A stretch of DNA of 64,000 nucleotides. It comes from Octopus vulgaris (taxonomy: Eukaryota). The notes beneath the pieces are model-generated. The model worked only from the letters and a program-made list of their open reading frames with translations. It ran no database searches and was not told where the DNA came from. The translations under genes were made by a program, and so were the position numbers. The stretch is taken from contig OX597815.1 of the NCBI GenBank assembly GCA_951406725.2, forward strand, positions 97,960,001-98,024,000, in the 5' to 3' direction. Positions 54,231 to 64,000 of this stretch are shown piece by piece (the stretch's first letter is position 1; each line of letters begins with the position of its first letter).

Positions 54231-54769
54231 CCTAATTACCACTCGTCGCCATACACTGCGGTCTTGTATTGTTGTCATAGACTTCAACAGGATTCTCTCT
54301 CCTTCGATCCATCTTCGTCTTTGTTGCACATGAGCTTATTTGTCAAACATTCTGTCTCCGATGATGCAGACACAAAAGTTCTGAACCTCGAAAGTGTGAC
54401 CAAAGTATTACAGTTTTATCATCTGACTATCGTCACCAACGTTTTGCTCCTCTCTCATCTCCACCTGTTCTGAATCTTTCATTCTAAGAACCACCCAAAT
54501 AATCATCTGTAGCATGTTATAAATGTTCTTCATTTCTTGGTGTCAAGTATTTTTCATGTCTTTACTTCACATTTAAAACTGTTCAGACCAGGATCTTTAG
54601 TAGTTTTAGATGATGATTTTACAGTCTTTCCATATTGCTTTCATTGCTAGGCAGTCTGGTCAAAAATTGAGACTAGCATGTTCAACTTGTCAATATGGGA
54701 TAGTGTAATCCCCTTTCTCTCGTGTAGTATGTTGTTTTGATTATCTAATATATAATAGCGATATACACG

Positions 54770-56005
54770 ATTCTTCTTTTGCTGAGGAATTCAGGACTGA
54801 AAGTAGAGACTGCAGTATTCTGTATCATACTGGCATATTGTTTTATACAGACTGCAGAACAAACTTTGTTTATCAGAAATTACCAGGCAAATATTCTTAA
54901 AAATGATGGAAGCCCAAAATACAAATTCTGCCACAAATTCTGTGCTAATACCAAACAAATATACTGTTATCTCCAACGATAAGTCTATTGTATTACTATT
55001 TAGTATTAATTTTCACAACTTGTCGGAAGTGAATCGCTTCCGGTTCGTATGTGGAATCGAGCTTATTTTGTTGTCAGAAAAAGGAGTGGGTTCCCTTTGT
55101 GTCCGTCTATATCTCAGAAAAACCCGCTGTCATTCTTGAATGTTCTCCTTCTTTGGTTATTTCATGTTACTGCGAACGTGGCTTTGTACCAGTGTAACCA
55201 ATTTTCTGCTCCTTCTAGAAGAATGAGCCGACAAAGTTTTTCTACTGTTGCTGCTCGTGTAGAAATCTAGGCAAGCGGGTTCACAATCACCACTGTGATA
55301 ACAAAGACGAACAATTGTTTAAAATTTTTGGAGCAATTTATTTTCTACTCGTACGTAACATCGTACAGGCGTACACTTACCATATATTTGTATATACACG
55401 CGGTACGCCTGCACGATGTTATGTACGAGTAGAAAATAAATGGCTACAAAATATTTAAACCATTGTTCGTCTTTGTTATCAACAGTGGTGATATGATCCC
55501 GCTTGCCTAGATTCCTACACAAGCAGCGACATATACAAATCGACGCGAGAACAGTAGGGGGATATTTTTATTGAGAAATATGTAAGCATTACCAAATCGA
55601 CACTCCTACTAAATGATATGAACACCATTCCGAGCAACTGAAGGCGAAAATGTCATCACGCTCCAGAGTGTTCCTGTCAACAGACAGGCTAATCGACAAT
55701 CCACGCTACTCAACCAGGATATATTCCTTAAAGACAGAAAGAAGATACTTGTAAAACTGTTAGATATGAGTTTCCAGTGATAAGAATATATCTGCCAAGG
55801 AAATTCACAAGCTCATTAAATATAAGGATTTAAAAATTAAAATACCATAAAGTGGTATCCCTGTTATTGTAGATACCGTTATATAATAAAAAGAGGATAG
55901 GATGTCAGAAACATGAAGATAACATCTCAGGAGACTCAGTTATTCACAGAAATTCAAACAACAGTGTGGGCAAGTACCTTCCACATCCTTGAAAAAAACT
56001 ATCAG
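54770..56005 (+). mobile_element. Decayed R4/Dong LINE C-terminal fragments (sense orientation)
   Basis: LRNSGLKVET..TAEQTL..RNYQANILKN (54780-54910); PVNRQ..PGYI.LKD and KLIKYKDL..EIQ..STFHIL (55640-55995). Confidence 0.65.
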
Positions 56006-56243
56006 CTTAAATGTTTTGTACTGTAGTGTTCATGTGTTCTTGTTAACAGAGTTGACTTGCCATAATGGAAAACGACAGGCTTACTTTCTGGAGATAATAC
56101 GACAACCGTGGATACATGCTTCTGTCTCTAGCTCTCATCAACACAAACTTTGTCCCATCTTATCTCCAGGAGTTAAGTGTAGAAAACATTTATGTTCTTA
56201 TGAATTTATTTGTATTTATATATGCTTGTATACTGTATATATG

Positions 56244-56305
<62 letters not shown>

Positions 56306-57162
56306 TATCCATCTTTCCCATTCACATAAATACATATATGTGTATACATGTATACACTTACAAGCGATTTCATACAAACATACAGACACACACACACAGA
56401 CACACGCAAAAACACATACACACATACAAACACACATACACTCACAAATACTACATATTTATTTTCATTTCGGAGTTGTTTTCTTCTAGTTATAACAAGT
56501 ATTGAAAAGCAATTATTCTTTGATTATAAAAATAAATCGTGATGAAATCGCTAGTCCAATAATTCCCATAAGAATCGATATATTTTACCGATGAACAGTG
56601 TCTATAACGGATGAAAAGAGTGTGTTCAATGATCATTTAATATTACCATAATGTTGGATAAAATAAAACATTTAGATACATTTACGATACATTAGAATTC
56701 CATTAATTTCCATGAGAAAACATCATTATACTCGTAACTATCGATAGTGTAACTTACATACCTATAATATATACCTATGAAAAGCAGAAGGACAATAACA
56801 AATGTGGACTTAATATAGAAATTATAAGAAAAGTGTAAGAATATAGGAAGGAAGAAGGGAGCTATAAAAATACGGAAAGAGGATAGAAAGATAGAAAAAT
56901 ACAACGATACAAATAAAGATCTGCAACTTAAGGAGCTGATTAATTTTGCCCTAAATAGTGTAGAACAGTAAGTCAAACTCATATCTAAATACGATAATAT
57001 AGGTTTTTTTTTAATGATAAATATTAATAATACAAAAATAAACCTTACTACATTAAACAGAATCAGTAAATAATTTTATATGAAAATGAAATGTTGCTAC
57101 AGGAAATGACAAGATGGTGAAGAACAAGATATAAACGAATAATTAACATTTTCGAAAGTATA

Positions 57163-57422
57163 CAAGGTTTGCCAAAAGTCACCCGAGAGGAAATCAAAAT
57201 TCCATAAATACTATCTGTAATTCTGTATTGGCTCGAATGGAAAAATGTCTCGCTCAAAAAGGACTTCAGTTTGAACAATTGTCTTGATGTTTCATATTTA
57301 GTTGATTTTATTAAATTCATTCAGTTGTTAAGCATAAATATATCGCGGAATTCACTCGGTTGTTAAACATAAATAAATCTTGGAATTTAGATTTACTATC
57401 AGGTGATTTTTGGCCAACCCTG
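57163..57422. mobile_element. Tc1/mariner-type MITE (260 bp) with TIRs and TA target-site duplication
   Basis: TA-CAAGGTTTGCCAAAAGTCACC ... GGTGATTTTTGGCCAACCCTG-TA: 21-bp imperfect TIRs flanked by TA. Confidence 0.85.
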
Positions 57423-57984
57423 TATATCATTGTATTGAATAAAATAGTTATAGAACGGTAAGTACGAAAAGAAATCAGAGAAAGATAACATTAGCAGTAT
57501 TTAGTGAAATGGAATCAATACAAATGCGTATGTAGTTTTATAATATCATGTAATACAATATACAAGTTAGGTAAACGGTTTAATCTGGTGTAGGTAACGA
57601 ATTAACAACTCATTAATTTGTTTAATTAGTCCAGATTTCCACCTTAGTACCTTTATGCAACATAAATTACATCTACGCCAAATCCCTTTCTATATAAGGG
57701 CTATCAATGAAATTGAACACAGAGTAATTAATGTTTCTATCCTTCATATCCCTAATATGTTAGCTACGGTTGAATTAAATCTCCTAGAATTTCAGTTTGT
57801 GCGCAATACATTGCTTTTCCTGTATCGTTTAGCCTTCTATAGAGCCCGTTAGCCAAGATTTGCATAAGTGCAGAGTTAATCGCCTGAAGTTTACAGGTCT
57901 CTCTGCACATACTCTCTCCTCTTTCCTCTTTGTATACATATGTATATCTATAAATAAATACATACATACATAAATGATATGAGG

Positions 57985-58995
57985 GGTTTAGTTCACTGGT
58001 GATCTAAACGAATAGGTACGCTGTGATAGTGCTATAACTGGTCATCCGGATGAGGGGTGGCATCAATGATGAGAGGAGGTAGGAGGAGTGAAGAGAGGAA
58101 GTAGGTGTCAGACGAAGAGAGGGGATTTGAGCCCATGTGGTGCAAAAGAGCGAAGTGAAAAGATTAATTTCTGTTCACCACAAAGGCGGAAGTCCGGATG
58201 GCCCTTGTGGGAACAGATAGTCCGAACACTGATAGATGCTGTAGTGAATGACCGGTAGAGTAGAATTGGCTCGAAACTAGGGTGTCATTCCCGAGTCTGA
58301 TGTCTCGGAGGTGCTCTGCGAACCGGTCAGCCAAGCGTTTGACGGATGTACAGGGAAGAGTAGAAAGAGTAGGAGAAGCAGTAAAAAAATGTTACTAGAA
58401 GTGCAGGTGAAGGATTCAGTGATGTGATAGGGACGATGATGGGTGCCTGTGAGGATGGTGATGTTGGAAAGATAGGGGCAAGTACAGCAGCGTGTGTAGG
58501 ATCAGGGGAAAGAGCCAGATTAAGAGGTGGGGTTAGGGAAGAAACTGTGGACCAGGAGGTCACGCAAGTTACAGGCTTGTTTGGAGGAAGGAAGGGGTAG
58601 GTTGGAGAAAATGTGCAAGGTGGACAGTTCGGAATGGAGTCGCCGGAAGGCTCGCAGAATGGTGCGTTGGAGGGGCAGGGTGGAGGGGTGGTAGGTTAGG
58701 AGAAACGGGAGACGGGCAACGGTAAGGCGGGTGCGGGGAGAAAGAGCAGAGGCAAAGTCCACGGAACGTGCCCTAGCAAGGGCAGTGTGGATAGTGGTGA
58801 GGAGATATCCACGAAGGATGAAGTGGCGAGACATGAGTTGAGAATGAGTCTCAAAGTCAAGGTTTTTACTGCAGATCCCGCGCAGATGGAGGAGTTTAGG
58901 AGTAGAGGATAGAGAGCTTGGTGTGTGTAGGGTGGGAGAAGGAGAAGTTAAGGTAGGAGTGCGAGTTGATGTGTTTGTAGTGGAGTGGTGTATAC
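57985..58995 (-). mobile_element. Penelope-like element fragment (RT C-terminus + GIY-YIG)
   Basis: LHLRGICSK..DF..F.LRGY, PFLLTYHP, NLRDLLVHS, YCFSY..SLYI.QT..RLADRFAEHL. Confidence 0.85.
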
Positions 58996-59689
58996 TGAGG
59001 GAACACACATTTTTCTTTCTCAGGCTTCTTGTGTTTATTTTGTTTTCGCTCTCTCTGCTTTTTTTCCTCTCAACTCTTTCTGTCGACAGTAGACTCGAAA
59101 CGTCCATTCTTCTTAATCACCAAATTATAATACATCTGCTTGTTGCTTCCTCGCCTGTCTTCGTCTTTTGCTTTCTGTAAATTTGAACTATATAACACAC
59201 GCACACATACACACATATATATTCTACTCGAAAAATCATTAATTTTTCCGTTTTCAAAGGAATTCTTCGTATGAAAATTTTCAATCTAGATTTGGACTTT
59301 ACCTCAACAAATTTATTTCGGAATTTATTCAATTATACTCATCAAGTAAGATGGTTTCAAGTAGTGTTACTGAATTCTTTACGTAACGATATTTTATCTC
59401 GTAAATTACAATCGACTAAGATTTCCGATTCTTATGCTTAACAATTAATTATCAGTCAATCATTTAATCGGGATGTGCATAAATATGGCTTCGGTAGTAT
59501 ATTCACATCACAAAAGCACGAGCGTCCTTTTGACCTTTAGATTAGTTAAACTAAGTTTCTATTTTAAAAGAGTAAACAGATTTAAGCGACACATACGCGT
59601 AAACACGCACACACACACACACACGCTCACACGCACACATATACAAACATACTTGCAAGTATCTCACACCCACATGTACATAAGCTAGA

Positions 59690-60240
59690 TCTCACCACCC
59701 ACCCCATTTTTCCTAACCCACCCCATTTTTCCTAACCCACCCTTATCCTCCTTTAAATGTGCCCAAAACCCACACAATCTACTGGTCCATAGCATCTCTT
59801 CTTCTCCCCAGGCCCCTCCGGATCCTTCCCTTGCTCTACATCCCGCTGCCACACCTGCTCTTCCATCACCAACACCACCTCCTTCACTGGTTCCAACCAG
59901 CACGCTCTCCACATTAGAAACTCTTTTTGCTACACCTCTTCAAGCCTTATCAATTAAATTAGATGTTATCTTTGTAATAAACTCTACGTAGGTCAGACGG
60001 GCTGCCGCCTGGCCGACCGGTTCACCGAACATCTAAGAGATTTTTGGCTACGCATGAACACCCACGTCGCCTGCCATTTCCACTTAGCCAACCGCCCCCA
60101 CCTCTAATATCTCCGTCTTTGGCATCGCCCTGCACCACGGATCCACACACTCGCGACTCCGCCTGGAACAGCGTTACGTTTTGAGTCTACAAACACAAAT
60201 TTCTTCGGACTCAGCATAACCCCCTCCTTTTAACAACTGT
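59690..60240 (+). mobile_element. Penelope-like element fragment (GIY-YIG), inverted relative to 57985-58995
   Basis: IRCYLCNKLYVGQTGCRLADRFTEHLRD..THVACHF..RLRLEQR. Confidence 0.8.
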
Positions 60241-61106
60241 CTCGTCTCTACAAACTCCTTAATAAAAGCAACTTTTTATTTTATTTCATTTTAGTTTAGT
60301 TCATTTTATTTTATTCTATCTTATAATCACATACTTTTTTTACACTGTTACCCCTTCTCAATTTTTTATCAATTTCTTTCCGTGGCATTGTTTAACTTTT
60401 TAATTGCGTTATTTTTTATAATTGTACTAATTTCTATTTTATCCCTTTAACTTTATTTATTTTATTTTTTATCTGCGTCTGCTAATTTTTTTTATTATTT
60501 TACATCTTGTATCCTTCCCCCTTCCCCCTTTTTAAATCAATCTTATTTTATTATGATTTATTGTATTTCTGTATACACGCACACATACATACACACACGT
60601 ACATACACATACACACAGAAATAAACACACAGGTAAAAATACATGCACCCGCCCACATGCATGAACCCACACACCACACACATACACACAACACACTTAC
60701 ATACACATACATACACACGCATGAAAACGCACACATACACACGTACACACGTGTATAAACGTGCACATAGACACGCACACAGGAACCACATATACCTTCA
60801 CATAATACAACCCCACGCACGCATTCACATACACACACACGCACACAACACACACACATACATGCGCGCACAAACACGTGCACAAACGCACACACACATA
60901 GACACACACAGGAATGCTCACATACCTAACACACACAACCTGACTCACACACGCACACACACGTGCTATTACACACACACACACATACCTCCTTCTCTTA
61001 CTCTCTCCTCCCTCAGAAAGAACTTTTTCTTCACCCATCACCTTCCAGTCATTTCAAACCACATGTGAATCGTTGGCGATTTTCTTCCTTTCTATTAGAC
61101 TTTCCT

Positions 61107-61141
61107 GTTTCTGAAGAAGAGCATTGCTCGAAACGTTAAAC
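61107..61141 (+). ncRNA. Minimal type-I hammerhead ribozyme motif in a Penelope-like terminal repeat
   Basis: GTTT-CTGAAGA-A-GAGC-att-GCTC-GAAA-CGTT-AAAC: CUGANGA and GAAA core boxes, 4-bp stem II, palindromic ACGU stem III and stem I GUUU/AAAC. Confidence 0.65.
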
Positions 61142-61230
61142 CATTTTTCTTTCTTTCCCTGACCGTCTGCTAATACTTTACATGTACCACACCCTTGCGT
61201 GGTTTTTTGTTCTTCTTTTGGGGGATTTAC

Positions 61231-61344
<114 letters not shown>

Positions 61345-61446
61345 AATAAGAATAATATAGGGTGAAATTAATTAATTTGGAATAATCATCAATTTCACCA
61401 AGTAGATTTCGGCATGTAAAAGCCCCATTCAAGGAAGGTTTAAGTA

Positions 61447-61614
61447 ATACTAAGTAATTAAGGGTTTAGCAACGATTTGCCTCACCACACACCGAATTTA
61501 GAAATAGCAGTCAAAAGAGTTTTGGCTGTAGAAAGAATAGCCAAAACTCTTTTGACTGCTATTTCTAAATTCGGTGTGTGGTGAGGCAAATCGTTGCTAA
61601 ACCCTAATTACTTA

Positions 61615-61618
<4 letters not shown>
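61447..61618. repeat. Near-perfect inverted repeat, 81/80-bp arms with an 11-nt spacer
   Basis: 61447-61527 is the reverse complement of 61539-61618 except for one extra A. Confidence 0.97.
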
Positions 61619-61679
<61 letters not shown>

Positions 61680-61689
61680 TATATATAGT

Positions 61690-63080
61690 TTCCTGTTCTG
61701 TTATGGTAAGATCAACAACAAAAAATACTCCATCAAGTAAGACAGTTCTGCCTCATATACGATAGTTTATCATGCTCACCTTAAGTGGGCAAGTGGACAA
61801 GTGGGAAATCTTGAGTATCGAGACAGTTATAGCTGGGAGCGGGCTCTTGGTGATGCTTACAAATGATAATGTTCTTCCTATTGAGGTACCAACTGTATAA
61901 TATTTTGTTCAAGCGTCTGTTACAACCTTCCTGTATTTGTGGCTTACTGGGAAGTGCTTGGCTGAAAGAGTCAGTAATTTCAAGACTACGTTAGTTGTAA
62001 CCTTTAGGAAGAAAGCGGTGCTTACCATTTCCCAACGACTATTTTTAAATCTATTTTTATGATTCATATTTTTACTTGAAGTATTGTAATACATCTTTGA
62101 AGTTGCTGTTAGCAAGGGCATTAATATAGTAGTGGGCTGCATAATCAAATACTTCTTTGGAAGAAGAGAAATTATATATCCTATTACTAATGTTAGCTAT
62201 AAGGCTTTTATACGCTACAGAGGGTGACAGGATTGATTGCATATATAGGAGAGTTTCTTGTTTGGAATATGGTACAGCGTATAAGAGCGGGAGTTTAGAT
62301 CTAGGAAAACAGCTTTGATATATTAGTATCAACAGTGACTGCGCGGTCTAATTGGGTAAAGGTATCAATGAGTTTTTTACAAAACTTATCGAGAGTGTAA
62401 CCGATACAGCCAGCAAATATTCCCAACGCATCGTCTCGGTATAAACCAACATCGTGGGATGAGAACTTGGTTCGCAGTGTATTTAATATAAAGAAAAGTA
62501 CAAAATCGCAAATACCCGCAGTCATACGATCCCCTCGATACATCAAACAATTTATATGTATCTGCTGTATCGAATTTTTTAACCCAGGCTCAGCCCTAAC
62601 AAAATAGAAGTGCTTTTCTCGCATGCATGATGAAGTCCAGGTCTATGTGATTTATATCAACATGATTTTGCGAGCTCAATAAGCCTTATAAGACAGCTAT
62701 CTCGATACTGAGGGATGAAAATCTATTTTATTAAACTGTAAATCTGGCCCTGTGTTTATCTTTCAAATTCCCAAAGCAATTCATTGCAGTGCTGTTATTA
62801 TTCCATTTCTGTAGTATAGTAATCTCTCAAATTCTGATTTTAATATTCCTTAGTATTTGGGGTTGCAAAACCGATTTTAGTCCTAGCTGGGTTTAAGAGT
62901 CTACAAGTGGGCTTATAACTGAAATTAGGTGTGTGATCTTTTAGAGCAATGATAGTTTCGCTTTCCAGTTTTTGTATCAACCTTTTTATCGTGTTTATTT
63001 TCTTGTGATTTCTCTTGTACCAGTATCCTGATTTGCAAGTTGGAAAGATTATGAGCTCAGAGCCCAAAGATTGCTTGGAG
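61690..63080 (-). mobile_element. Decayed Penelope-like element (RT + linker)
   Basis: IALKDHTPNF..KPTCRLLNPARTKIG, ICDFV..IL..GLYRDDALG (PLE RT active site), RIYNFSSSKEVF..A..Y.NAL.NS. Confidence 0.88.
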
Positions 63081-63334
63081 ACACAAATTGTGTTATAAAA
63101 ACTTATCGAGACACGCGTCTCCAGAGCAAGTAACTATTAGTAGCCCGTATCTTTATACTATATGCATTATATATATATGTGTGTGTGTATGTTTGTGTAT
63201 GTGCGTGTACACACACACAGACATATATATATATATACACATATAATTGATATAGGATAAAAAAATTTTTTCGGGAAAAAAATTTTATCAATGGCCAGCA
63301 TATCAAAAAATGCCTTTAAAGGTAAAATTTATAC

Positions 63335-63738
63335 ATAATTTACAAGATAAAGGCAGAAGAAAAATTCTAATGCCAGATACGCCGAAACAAAAAAAAAAAT
63401 TGTCGATAACCATTAAATTTATGCGTCTCGAAACAAACCGATAGAAATCTAAAAAATTCGTTATTACCGTATTGGTCCAATTTCGGGGTTAATTCACAAG
63501 AAATTTTCCCCTCTTCAGCAGCACATACGCGAGATATAAATGAAATACTTATTCATATCCACGGAAGAAGCAAGCACCAAGTCCCGAGCAGACTTAAGTA
63601 CCCCAAATATATCCAAATGGAAAAATCTTAGGCGCACCTCGAGACACGTGTGATTCGAACTAGAAACTTTCACAGAATTTTTTTGTTTCGGCGTATCTGG
63701 CATTAGAATTTTTCTTTTGCCCTTATCTTGTAAATTAT
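63335..63738. repeat. Element with ~65-bp inverted arms (63335-63401 / 63676-63738) inside a TA microsatellite
   Basis: ATAATTTACAAGATAAAGGCAGAAGAAAAATTCTAATGCCAGATACGCCGAAACAAAAAA is matched by its reverse complement with 2 substitutions. Confidence 0.92.
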
Positions 63739-64000
63739 ATATATATATATATATATATATCAGTTTATGTATTTATATATGTGTTTGTGCGTATGTGCGT
63801 GCGCGCGCTTGTCTTTTGTCTTTAGATAGCTGAAAAGTGTTGGTACGATAGCAATGGTTTCATACCAGTAATTCGCAATTATTCAATGGTAGTTTTAATA
63901 AAACCGGTAGTTCAAACGTTTTCGTTACGCTTAAGTTCACTCCACTTACAAATATAGCTGAATCGTAAGTATTATTCAAGCTTCCATTGTAAACTTTCGC

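Noticed and set aside
56050-56210. Phase 1 open segment with LCPILSPG, weakly like the NTR C-P-x-L motif
   Set aside because: It lacks the other NTR features and a good donor, and lies directly after a LINE C-terminus (likely its 3' UTR).
56490-56542. ttttcttctag|TT.. giving VITSIEKQLFFDYKNKS, echoing the NTR 'V...YKN.S'
   Set aside because: Spacing is too short for the NTR fold and it stops immediately; insufficient support.

Overview
Eukaryotic, AT-rich, microsatellite- and transposon-dense DNA. The SINE families and repeat landscape look like an Octopus (coleoid cephalopod) genome; this is recognition from memory, not a database result. The window is almost entirely intronic sequence of one + strand gene. 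Six GT-AG exons (2691-2796, 16718-16845, 28052-28181, 30936-31019, 38928-39091, 46965-47027) encode an ADAMTS cysteine-rich module and spacer, then what looks like the start of a netrin (NTR/C345C) module, i.e. an ADAMTSL5-like extracellular matrix protein. The first five exons join in frame; a phase 0-to-1 exon is needed before the sixth. The gene's 5' and 3' exons were not found in the window. The introns hold a head-to-tail array of R4/Dong-clade LINEs sitting in (TAA)n tracts, a non-autonomous Helitron with a Pif1 fragment, Penelope-like remnants (one with an apparently intact minimal hammerhead ribozyme), Tc1/mariner and hAT fossils, many tRNA-derived SINEs and several long inverted repeats. 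Most ORFs in the supplied track are translations of microsatellites. I found no convincing new biological system; the best leads are listed as findings.
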